A DNA stretch of 61,740 nt, filler included, from Candidatus Woesearchaeota archaeon (GTDB lineage: Archaea; Nanobdellota; Nanobdellia; Woesearchaeales; CAZJJJ01), in assembly GCA_046538795.1 (NCBI GenBank). It is 7 parts of 7 records of this genome, joined end to end, with 100 filler letters (N's around TTAATTAATTAA, not from the genome) between each part and the next. Parts side by side here need not be neighbours in the genome. Positions count along the whole stretch, not along the records: positions 16,069 to 31,990 come from JBKHIF010000031.1; positions 32,091 to 47,830 come from JBKHIF010000032.1; 5 more parts are not named here. One strand, given 5' to 3'. Below, piece after piece: positions 28,348-37,178 of this stretch; position 1 is the first letter of the stretch; every line of letters starts with the position of its first letter. The notes below the pieces were generated by a model. That model was not told the DNA's origin. It ran no database searches and was given only the letters and a program-made list of their open reading frames with translations. The translations under genes were made by a program, and so were the position numbers.

Positions 28348-28968
28348 ATGGAAGCACTAGAATGGCTGGGACATTCAGGATTTAAACTTAAGATTTCAGG
28401 AAAGACTATATACATAGATCCTTTCAAGATAAATACAGCAGAACCTGCTGATCTGATACTCATCACCCATGATCATTATGATCATTGTTCTGTCGAAGAT
28501 ATAATGAAGATTGCAACAAACAATACTCTGATATTCGTAACAGCTGATTCCCAAAGCAAGCTTTCAAATTATCCTGGAAAAGTTCTTGTTGTTGAACCAA
28601 ATGGTGGCTACAAATTGGGAGATATGGTCATAAGGACGATTCCTGCATATAATACAAACAAGATGTTTCATCCAAAAGAAAACGGATGGGTCGGTTATGT
28701 CATAGAACATAACGGAGAAAAACTATATCATGCAGGAGATACTGATGCAATACCAGAGATGAAAAACCTGCAAAATATAGATTATGCGCTTCTTCCTGTA
28801 TCAGGAGAATATGTAATGAATGCAGAAGAAGCAGCATCTGCTGCAAACATGATAAGACCAAAGATTGCAGTTCCGATGCACTACAATGCAATTGTTGGAT
28901 CTGTATCAGATGCAGAAAGATTCAAAAGCTTATGTAAGTGTCAGGTAAAAATAATGGAAAAATTATGA
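28348..28968 (+). CDS. MBL-fold metallo-hydrolase
   Basis: WLGHSGF, THDHYDH, YHAGDT and PMHY motifs. Confidence 0.9.
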   Translation: MEALEWLGHSGFKLKISGKTIYIDPFKINTAEPADLILITHDHYDHCSVEDIMKIATNNTLIFVTADSQSKLSNYPGKVLVVEPNGGYKLGDMVIRTIPAYNTNKMFHPKENGWVGYVIEHNGEKLYHAGDTDAIPEMKNLQNIDYALLPVSGEYVMNAEEAASAANMIRPKIAVPMHYNAIVGSVSDAERFKSLCKCQVKIMEKL

Positions 28969-30168
28969 TTTTCTTAATTCATTCACAGATTTTTTAAATC
29001 TGTTTGAGAACATAAAATCAACAACATCATACATCTGTTTCAAAGATGTTCTTCCAAGACCCTGCTGAGTCTGGACAAGAAGTGATTTCAGCATATCATC
29101 AAACTCAGTTTTAGGAATTCTTGCAACAATATTTTTTTCAGGAATATGCTCTTTTTCATAAGCAAAAACTAAATTTTCATCCTCATCAACATAAAGCCCA
29201 TAAAAATCCTGTGAAGCATAAAGATTAAAACCATCTACTGTTCTTTCATCACAAAAATCATTTTCATCAATCAAAGGAATAGGAACATCATAATTAATGA
29301 AATGCCATTCAATACTTAGACCATCACCAAAATCAGCAAAGGGACCTGCAAACATTCCTTTTTTAGAAATTTCATTGATATAAGACTTAATACTGTATTT
29401 TTTGAGAAGTTCTGAATCAATATTAACCTGATCTGCATATTTTAATAATGATACAAGGAAAAAGGGTTCTACTGAATGAGAACCTGCAATTAAAGAAGTA
29501 TCTGAATCAAGACATGGTCGATAGTTGACAATATTTCCCATCGGATCAAGCGTCTTATAAGGAGTTATATCTCTTCTTTCAAGCCTGAAATCACCATCAT
29601 GAGATCCAAAAATCACTGTTCTAAAAGTACTTTTTCCAACATCACTTATCCAGTATTGTCCTTCTCTGAAATGCATTTTTTGAGATTCATACAGATAAGT
29701 TCCAACAACACCAAACATGTCAAATATGTTTTCAAAGCCATATTCCTGAAATCTGGCAAAATCTTCAGGTTCCAATACTTCTGAAGAAACAAATCCTGAT
29801 AAGATATCAAAATCATCACTATCTGCATTTTCTGTTCTTATTATTTCAGATATTTTGTCATAAAAAAGATCATTTGGATCTTCTTTTTCATCACTTAATA
29901 GAGTCCATCTTGGACTTTGTTTTTCTGGATCAAGTTTAGTTTCAATAAATTCAGAGATCTTTTCATTATAATCTGCAAGAACACTTCTCGGAAGATTCTC
30001 AAAATAACCATCATTTTCAAGCAGTTCTATTATGTTATGATAATCTTTTTCAGAAAAAATCATATAGTTAGATACATCATAAGAATCCAGATTATTTATT
30101 CTATCTTCAAGACCACTTTGCTTTAGTATCTCCAAAGCTTTGGGATATAAAGTATTTACATATCTCAC
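28963..30168 (-). CDS. Hypothetical acidic protein
   Basis: 401-aa ORF with no recognised motif. Confidence 0.65.
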   Translation of the reverse strand: MRYVNTLYPKALEILKQSGLEDRINNLDSYDVSNYMIFSEKDYHNIIELLENDGYFENLPRSVLADYNEKISEFIETKLDPEKQSPRWTLLSDEKEDPNDLFYDKISEIIRTENADSDDFDILSGFVSSEVLEPEDFARFQEYGFENIFDMFGVVGTYLYESQKMHFREGQYWISDVGKSTFRTVIFGSHDGDFRLERRDITPYKTLDPMGNIVNYRPCLDSDTSLIAGSHSVEPFFLVSLLKYADQVNIDSELLKKYSIKSYINEISKKGMFAGPFADFGDGLSIEWHFINYDVPIPLIDENDFCDERTVDGFNLYASQDFYGLYVDEDENLVFAYEKEHIPEKNIVARIPKTEFDDMLKSLLVQTQQGLGRTSLKQMYDVVDFMFSNRFKKSVNELRKS

Positions 30169-30199
30169 AAAAACAGAATAATTTATTCATTTAAATTGA

Positions 30200-31264
30200 T
30201 TATTGTGAATCAAGAATAGGATCAATTTCGCAATCACCAAACATAGAAACATATGCAGAAGTAAAACCCTGGCAGTAATCATTCAAGACACATAAAGAAC
30301 ATTTTTCTAATTTATAAAATTGGCTTTTGAAATTACCTATAGAAATTATATTTTTATCTGCCTTAAACAATACTCCGTTGGTCTGTTTTCTGAAAAACCT
30401 TTCTGAAAAAGACCTTATCACGCACAAGGGAAAACCGCATCCTCCTGAAAATGTGAAATTTGCAGGAATCTTATTTTCCTCTGCAAAAATCAATGTTCTT
30501 AAGACATGCGGCTGAATTTTTCGGTATTTTTCAAGATAAAGATGCAAATTCCTTTTTGATACAATACCTATGTTAGATAAGGAAAATGAGAGATTGTCTG
30601 TATTAAAATTTTTTATGAAAAAATCAACCATCGTATCAAGATAAACATAGTTTTCTTTTACAACAACAAAATTCAAGGCAACATTATATTTTTCTGAAAG
30701 GTTTTTTATTCCCATAACCGCATCATCATATTTATCTGAACTTGTTATTGAATTAAAAACATCCTTTTTATGAGAACAAAATGAAGAGAAAAAAGAAATC
30801 TTATTTCTGTCATCAGGTAGTTTTGAGACCATTTCCGGGTTTGAAAAAAGGCTTGCATTTGTCTGCACAACAATTTTACCTACACCTTTTTTTAATAAAA
30901 AATCAATGATTTCAAAAAAATGCTTATGCAAGACAGGTTCTCCTCCTGAAATTGTGAACTGAATATAGATGCCTGAAAAATTAGCTCTTGATAACCCCTT
31001 GATTATTTTCAAGATATCATTTTCGCTCAGGCTTTTTTTCTCTCTGTCTATAAAACAGTAATTGCAAAACATGTTACATTTGTTGGTTATACGAAGAATA
31101 ATCTCATAACCAGATACCTTGCCAGATTCAAACATAGGTACAAGTTGAAAAAAATCATCTGCAGCCCTATAATGCATATCTTCTCTATTGTTTATGATTT
31201 CTACAATTTTGCTTAATTTCAAAATAATTACAACTCCGTATAAATAATACACATAAGCAATCAA
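30200..31264 (-). CDS. Radical SAM protein with C-terminal Cys cluster (HxsC-like architecture)
   Basis: CNMFCNYC, ISGGEP, QTNA, CGFPLC and CSLC...YCQG motifs. The start is uncertain. Confidence 0.85.
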   Translation of the reverse strand: MIAYVYYLYGVVIILKLSKIVEIINNREDMHYRAADDFFQLVPMFESGKVSGYEIILRITNKCNMFCNYCFIDREKKSLSENDILKIIKGLSRANFSGIYIQFTISGGEPVLHKHFFEIIDFLLKKGVGKIVVQTNASLFSNPEMVSKLPDDRNKISFFSSFCSHKKDVFNSITSSDKYDDAVMGIKNLSEKYNVALNFVVVKENYVYLDTMVDFFIKNFNTDNLSFSLSNIGIVSKRNLHLYLEKYRKIQPHVLRTLIFAEENKIPANFTFSGGCGFPLCVIRSFSERFFRKQTNGVLFKADKNIISIGNFKSQFYKLEKCSLCVLNDYCQGFTSAYVSMFGDCEIDPILDSQ

Positions 31265-31322
31265 CTCAACATATAAAAAATCTAAGAAACCTTTTTAAAT
31301 TAAATATAATTCATCTTGTATA

Positions 31323-31990
31323 ATGAAACGAACACATACCTGCGGAGATTTAAGAAAGGAAAATATTGGAAACACAGTTACACTTTCAGGCTGGGTCAAT
31401 ACAAGAAGAGACCACGGCGGACTTATTTTTATTGATCTTAGAGACAGATACGGGCTTTCACAAGTCGTATTTGAACCAACTCACAGCAAAAAGATCTTCT
31501 CTGAAGCTGAAAATTTGCGACGAGAAGATGTAATAGAAGTTACCGGAAAAGTAAGAAGCAGACCTGAAGGAATGATCAATCCTAAACTTCCTACAGGAGA
31601 TGTTGAAGTTCTTATCGATGAACTTGAAGTTCTAAGCAAGGCAGATACTCCTCCTATCGAGATTGATGACAGAAAAGTTGCAAATGAAGAATTAAGATTA
31701 AAATACAGGTATCTTGACTTAAGAAGACCTGAGATGCAAAAAAATCTTTTAACAAGACACAAGGTTGCACAAGCTGCGAGAGAATTTTTATCATCACAAG
31801 ATTTCATTGAGGTTGAAACACCAATTCTTGTAAGAAGCACACCCGAAGGAGCAAGAGATTATGTTGTTCCAAGCAGGGTTCATCCAGGAGAAGCATACGC
31901 TCTTCCACAATCACCACAATTATACAAGCAGATTCTGATGGTTTCTGGATGTGACAGATATTTCCAGCTTGCAAGATGCTTAAGAGATGA
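31323..31990 (+). CDS. aspS: Aspartyl-tRNA synthetase, bacterial type (partial, cut by contig end)
   Basis: MKRTHTCG, RRDHGGLIFIDLRD, RLKYRYLDLRR, STPEGARDY and ALPQSPQLYKQ motifs. Confidence 0.95.
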
Positions 31991-32090
31991 NNNNNNNNNN
32001 NNNNNNNNNNNNNNNNNNNNNNNNNNNNNNNNNNTTAATTAATTAANNNNNNNNNNNNNNNNNNNNNNNNNNNNNNNNNNNNNNNNNNNN

Positions 32091-32617
32091 GTGGAGAATG
32101 CACGTGTTACCTGAGAATCCCATGAACTTAGAAGAGAATGTATCTCATCTACAGGAATCTTTAGTTTTGTTGATAATTCTTCAGCAGTGTGTGGTTTATC
32201 AGGGTTTTTCTGAAGATAATCAATTATCTTGTTTAGCTTGTTTGAGTCGATCCAAAATCCTCTGTTGAGGAAATTTTGTATTATTGACTTGAATTTTGGA
32301 TTTTTTGTTACGAAAATTGCTTTTGGCTCTATGATCTTTTGCTTGTTTCCTACATAGATCATCTTTGTCTCGATGAGACCCGAATCCTCAAGCTTCTTTA
32401 TATTCTCGTGGAGAGTAGACATGGAGTGTCCTATCTTCTCCTTTATCTTAGGTGCAGTTATCTTCTGCTCAGTAGAAAGAAGCTTAAGGATTTTTCTGGG
32501 AATCTCCTGCGACCATAATTCTCTGATCTTTCCTTTGAACTCAGTGTCGACCATGTTTGGCAGAAAATCTATTATCTGTTTGGTCTTCTGGTCATAATAT
32601 ACGCATACCTGTTTCAT
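32091..32617 (-). CDS. Tandem winged-HTH transcription regulator (partial), divergent from the arl operon
   Basis: ArsR-like wHTH (APKIKEKIGHSMSTLHENIKKLEDSGLI) plus a second HTH-like segment (TAEELSTKLKIP). Confidence 0.75.
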
Positions 32618-32659
32618 TTGATACCATTTCTAATTATCTTATCATATATAAATCTATTG

Positions 32660-32704
32660 ATTTATTCGGTATTTCCGAATAAATGTATTACGGCTCTACC
32701 GAAA
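32660..32704. promoter_or_regulatory. Two palindromic CGG-N5-CCG operator-like sites
   Basis: Perfect ATTTATTCGG-TATTT-CCGAATAAAT (32660-32684) and weaker TTACGG-CTCTA-CCGAAA (32688-32704), between two TATA-like boxes. Confidence 0.6.
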
Positions 32705-32805
32705 AAACCAAAAACTATTTAAACCAGTTCCATTCTAATATATCAATATACTAAAACGTATATTAATATCGCTTCAAAATATATGTTAAAAAAGAGGTGT
32801 TTAAC

Positions 32806-32967
32806 TTGAATTCAGCGTATATGAAACAAATTCAGAAGATCACTTATGACCAGATTACAGCGATGAGCAGGCGCAATGCTTCTAAGGAATATGATTTTTT
32901 GGAAGTTATCGGAAAATTTACAGAAATGGACGAAATTTTCAACAAAAGAGATGAGGTTGTTTATTAG
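32806..32967 (+). CDS. Small hypothetical protein (53 aa) ahead of the arl operon
   Basis: GAGGTG RBS, TTG start; reads MNSAYMKQIQKITYDQITAMSRRNASKEYDFLEVIGKFTEMDEIFNKRDEVVY. Below the ORF-track cut-off. Confidence 0.5.
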   Translation: MNSAYMKQIQKITYDQITAMSRRNASKEYDFLEVIGKFTEMDEIFNKRDEVVY

Positions 32968-33022
32968 AGTTAAACAAGGTATGGTGATTTTAAGGTATCA
33001 CATATCTTATAGGTGATTAACA

Positions 33023-33487
33023 ATGGGTTTTTCAGGTATGGCTTCACAGGTGATCATGTTTATAGCCGTAATAAGCGTGACCTCGATACTTGTCGTGGTA
33101 TTTAATGGTTACATCACAGACACCTCCAATTCAATAACCATAAAGAACGATTACCTTGTGAAGCAACTGAAATCCGATATATCAATTGATGTTGTGTCTT
33201 ATGATTCATCAACAGATACTACGCTTGTATATGTGAAAAATACAGGTAAGATCGCCCTTAGGACTAATGAAACTGATGTTTATCTTAACGGACTTAGGGT
33301 TCCAAGAAATGAGACTAACAGGACTATAGAAGTCTTGTCTGACACTGATTCGATAAATCCAGGAACATGGGATCCTAAAGAGCAGGTGCTGATTAAAGTT
33401 TATCAGAGGCTTAATTCCTCATACAGCCATAAAGTGATAATAGCAGCTGAGTATGAGGTAAGTGATATCGAGGAATTTTCGATATGA
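33023..33487 (+). CDS. arlG: Archaellum protein ArlG (FlaG-like; F/G assignment not certain)
   Basis: N-terminal TM QVIMFIAV, VYVKNTG, DVYLNG and WDP motifs; precedes arlH/I/J. Confidence 0.7.
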   Translation: MGFSGMASQVIMFIAVISVTSILVVVFNGYITDTSNSITIKNDYLVKQLKSDISIDVVSYDSSTDTTLVYVKNTGKIALRTNETDVYLNGLRVPRNETNRTIEVLSDTDSINPGTWDPKEQVLIKVYQRLNSSYSHKVIIAAEYEVSDIEEFSI

Positions 33488-33531
33488 AAATAGTTTCCCC
33501 CAAAAAAATAAAATAAACAGAGTGTTAAAAA

Positions 33532-34428
33532 ATGGCTTTTGATTCGATTGTGGCTTATGTAATTTTGTTTTCTTTAGGCATAAGTGCTGCAGTCGGGATA
33601 GCTTTTTTCTATAAGGATTATCTTGTAAAGACAACCAGTTCTTTAGAATCAAGACAGGACATACTTGAAAGCAAAGGGAATTCTGGACTTGATTTCATAA
33701 ATGTTTCTTATTTTCCCCCTTCCTCAAGAACACATAATATAACGACTATGCAGGATTTTTCTGAAGGAATATTTGAAGGGACAAATGATACGATAAATCC
33801 TGGTTCTCTTAATCTTGAATGGAATGGTACAAACTATTCAAGCATTGGAAACTGGAGTTCTCCTATAATTAATCTGGGTCATAGGGCAAATTTATCTGCA
33901 ATAGCTTTCAACTATGATATGACTGGATCTGCATGGCTTGGCATCCAGATAAGAAGTGCAGAGAATGCAAGCCTGCTGATAGGCGAATTTTTGGGTCCTG
34001 ACGGAACAACAGGATCCTATTACGAGTCATCTCAGGAACTGGGTAATTTCCATCATGATCACGAAGTTTTTCAGCTCAGGGTCTATCTAAACACCTCCAA
34101 TACTTCTATAAGCCCTGAGCTTGAAGACGTAAGCATAATTTATAGCTATACATATAATGATGTTGAGATCAATATAGAAAACTCAGGCAAGATAAAACTT
34201 GATCCTGCCTTTCTTGATATTTTTATTGGCAATGAAAGAATTCCAAGAGATTACGCTGGCTTGTCTTCAGAGGTTGTATCATCTTCAGAAATAATGAATC
34301 CTGATATGTGGGATCCGGAAGAGATACTAAAAATTACATTTCCGTATAATTTTAGTGAGTCAAAAATTATCATAAGAGCAGTTAATGAGTTTAGTTCATC
34401 AGATTATATGGTTTATGATAATTCATAA
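33532..34428 (+). CDS. arlF: Archaellum protein ArlF-like with an inserted extracellular domain
   Basis: N-terminal TM and C-terminal IENSGKIKL...DIFIG...WDPEE, split by an insertion of about 140 aa. Confidence 0.6.
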   Translation: MAFDSIVAYVILFSLGISAAVGIAFFYKDYLVKTTSSLESRQDILESKGNSGLDFINVSYFPPSSRTHNITTMQDFSEGIFEGTNDTINPGSLNLEWNGTNYSSIGNWSSPIINLGHRANLSAIAFNYDMTGSAWLGIQIRSAENASLLIGEFLGPDGTTGSYYESSQELGNFHHDHEVFQLRVYLNTSNTSISPELEDVSIIYSYTYNDVEINIENSGKIKLDPAFLDIFIGNERIPRDYAGLSSEVVSSSEIMNPDMWDPEEILKITFPYNFSESKIIIRAVNEFSSSDYMVYDNS

Positions 34429-34516
34429 ATCCACTCAGAAAATTAATATTTACTTTTCGTGTGTTTGTGTGATTGAGAAAGTAAGGCATGAGAAATACCA
34501 AGGTGTATGAGAGAAA

Positions 34517-35218
34517 ATGGCAAAATTGATGAGTATTGACCTGACAAGAGATGAATTAGGAAGGACGATCGGAGGAGGAATACCTCCGAACTCTCTCATA
34601 CTTCTTGAAGGGCAGGAAGGTGCCGGAAAAAGTGCGATCACGCAAAGGATTGTGTATGGCCTTTTGAAAAATGAATATACTGTTTGTTATATAAGCACAG
34701 AGCTTAATACCATGGGATTTGTCGAGCAGATGGCGTCTTTGGATTATGGCGTGACTGATTATCTTCTTTTTGAAAAAGTGCTTTTCATGCCTATGTTTCC
34801 TTATCTTGGAAAAAGAGGTCTTGCTCCTAATTTTGTCGATCAGTTTATGAGATCAAAGGTGCTTTTTGATAAAGATTTCATAGTTTTTGACACCTTTTCG
34901 TTTCTTCTTATGCATTCTCAGATGGATGAAAAGAAGCTTTTCCAGTTCATGAGTTTCCTTAAAAAAGTGAATTCATTAGGAAAGACAATGCTCTTTACAG
35001 TTGATAAATCTCATCTTGTAGATCCCAAATTTACAACTCTCCTTAAATCTATTTGTGATCTTTACTGGACTGTTGAAACACAGATGTCGGCAGGACAGCT
35101 TGTAAGGGTAATAAAATTTCACAGGTTTAAAAGAGTAGGAGACAAGATACTTCCAGGTTTGCCGTTTAAGATTGAGCCCGGAAAAGGGTTCGCAATAGAG
35201 ATTGCAAGCTTCTCATAG
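34517..35218 (+). CDS. arlH: Archaellum ATPase-like protein ArlH
   Basis: RDEL...GGGIP, GQEGAGKS, YISTE and FKIEPGKG motifs. Confidence 0.92.
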   Translation: MAKLMSIDLTRDELGRTIGGGIPPNSLILLEGQEGAGKSAITQRIVYGLLKNEYTVCYISTELNTMGFVEQMASLDYGVTDYLLFEKVLFMPMFPYLGKRGLAPNFVDQFMRSKVLFDKDFIVFDTFSFLLMHSQMDEKKLFQFMSFLKKVNSLGKTMLFTVDKSHLVDPKFTTLLKSICDLYWTVETQMSAGQLVRVIKFHRFKRVGDKILPGLPFKIEPGKGFAIEIASFS

Positions 35219-35237
35219 CTGAGGTTTGCATGATTAT

Positions 35238-35476
35238 TGGAAATTTCGCAAGAAACACAATTGGAATTTGGTTTCACTATGCACAGAAATTTAAAAGTTT
35301 CTTGTGTTTTTATGGAGTATGCCCCAGGGGCATGCTCTTTGAGCATGGCGAAATTTTCAATCCCTAAAACCAAAGGCATAATGCACGAATGGCGTACCCA
35401 CACGAGGCACTCCTTCCTTTGCGCTGCAAGGGTACTCTTCGAGCAGCTCGGATAATAGCCTTGGATTTGAGTTATG
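35238..35476 (+). repeat. Dispersed structured intergenic repeat, copy E (longest), between arlH and arlI
   Basis: Outer stem TTGGAAATTTCGC...GCGAAATTTTCAA; hairpins ATGCCCC-A-GGGGCAT and ATGCTC-TTT-GAGCAT; second core TGCGCTGCAAGGGTACTCTTCGAGCAG...AATAGCC...TTTGAGTTAT. Confidence 0.8.
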
Positions 35477-35513
35477 TTTAGAATAAAGTAAGACTGCAAA
35501 AAAGGTTTTCAGT

Positions 35514-37151
35514 ATGGTAAAAAGAGAAAGGCATATATCACCAACACTTACAGAGGCAATGTCGAAATTTCCTCATTTAAGGAGATATGTAAATAGCATC
35601 GTAAAGACTATTGGAATGCCAGATTATTATGTACAGCTTGATAAGAGTCTTGGAAAGATAGAGAACCCTAATATCATATATGGAGTAAATGATCCTATGT
35701 TTATTCATATATACAAGGAGAAAGGAAAAGGGATTATCTACCATGTTGTTGAACCGCGTGTTAAAGAAGAAGAGCAGAAATTGTTTGATACTGTGCTTGA
35801 TAAGCTTATAGAACTTGCACACAAGTATCCTGTGCCTGATGATGTTACTGAGATAGGTCCTGTACTTCTTAAGCTTTATGATGAGGTTGTGGCTGTAGAT
35901 GATGGGAAAGAAAAGCCCTGGGATAAATTCTTAAATTCAAAAATCAAGGTTACAAAAGAACTCTATGAAACTGTAAAATATTATCTTATAAGAAACAGGG
36001 TTGGATATGCAAAGCTTGAACCCTTGTTCTATGACCAGTACTTAGAGGATATACATTGTACAGGCGTAGGCGCTATAAATATGATCCATAAGATATTTGA
36101 GATGGTGCATACGAATATAGTTTTTCCTACTGATTATGAGCTTAACAGATACATAATTGAGGTTTCAGAAAGAGTGGAAAGGCCTACTTCAGATGCCCAT
36201 CCTGTAGTTGATGCGATGATGCCGGATGGATCGAGAGTAAACTTCATCTATGGAAGAGAGATCTCTCTCGAAGGATCTTCGTTCACAATAAGAAAGTTCG
36301 CAGAAGTTCCTGTAAGCGTAACCCAGGTCATAAACTGGAAGACGATGAGTTCAGAAATGGCTGCTTATCTTTGGCTGTGTCTTGAAAATGGAATGAATGG
36401 ATTTGTATGCGGGGAAACAGCTTCAGGAAAGACAACATCTCTTAACGCTCTTTGCGCTTTCATAAAGCCTGACGATAAGGTCTATACAGTAGAAAACACG
36501 CCAGAAGTAACCATGCCTCATGATACCTGGCAGCACTTAGTTACAAGGGATGCAGGAAAATCAACTGACGTTACAATGTTTACTCTTCTTATCGCAGCTC
36601 TTAGAAGCCGTCCTAATTACATCATAGTAGGAGAGATAAGAGGGCAGGAAGGAAGTGTTGCATTTCAGGCTATGCAGACCGGCCACCCTGTACTTTCGAC
36701 GTTTCACGCAGGTAATGTTACAACTATGATACAGCGTCTTAATGGAGATCCGATAAATATTCCTCTTGCTTTCATGAACAATCTTAATTTCAGTCTTATA
36801 CAGCAGGCAGTCCTTCATCATGGTCATTCTGTAAGAAGAGTCCTTAGCATAACAGAGATTGAACGTTATTATGAGCCTGAGAATAAGATGGTAACAAGAG
36901 AGGTCTTTTCATGGGAGCCTCAGACTGACAAGCATCTTTTCAGGGGTCTTTACAATAGTTATCTTCTTGAGTCAAAGATCGCTACCATGCAGGGATATAC
37001 AGATACAAGAGAGATATACACAGAGATGGATCTGAGAAAAAGAATACTTGAAAAGATGATCGAAAATAAGATCTTTAATTATTTTGATGTTTGGGAAGTA
37101 CTCAAGAATTATCATTACGGCGGAAAGAGTACCCTTCCTTTCACGATCTGA
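35514..37151 (+). CDS. arlI: Archaellum assembly/motor ATPase ArlI
   Basis: PHLRRY N-terminus, LEDIHC, GETASGKTT, ALRSRPNYIIVGEIRG and TGHPVLSTFHA motifs. Confidence 0.95.
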   Translation: MVKRERHISPTLTEAMSKFPHLRRYVNSIVKTIGMPDYYVQLDKSLGKIENPNIIYGVNDPMFIHIYKEKGKGIIYHVVEPRVKEEEQKLFDTVLDKLIELAHKYPVPDDVTEIGPVLLKLYDEVVAVDDGKEKPWDKFLNSKIKVTKELYETVKYYLIRNRVGYAKLEPLFYDQYLEDIHCTGVGAINMIHKIFEMVHTNIVFPTDYELNRYIIEVSERVERPTSDAHPVVDAMMPDGSRVNFIYGREISLEGSSFTIRKFAEVPVSVTQVINWKTMSSEMAAYLWLCLENGMNGFVCGETASGKTTSLNALCAFIKPDDKVYTVENTPEVTMPHDTWQHLVTRDAGKSTDVTMFTLLIAALRSRPNYIIVGEIRGQEGSVAFQAMQTGHPVLSTFHAGNVTTMIQRLNGDPINIPLAFMNNLNFSLIQQAVLHHGHSVRRVLSITEIERYYEPENKMVTREVFSWEPQTDKHLFRGLYNSYLLESKIATMQGYTDTREIYTEMDLRKRILEKMIENKIFNYFDVWEVLKNYHYGGKSTLPFTI

Positions 37152-37178
37152 TTTTAAATATGAAAAACCGGTGTTTTC

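Noticed and set aside
35237..35455. Short ORFs over repeats or tRNAs (35237-35455, 35119-35499, 14469-14708, 5580-5786, 53003-53251, 54808-54990)
   Set aside because: They translate repeat or tRNA sequence and have no protein-like motifs.
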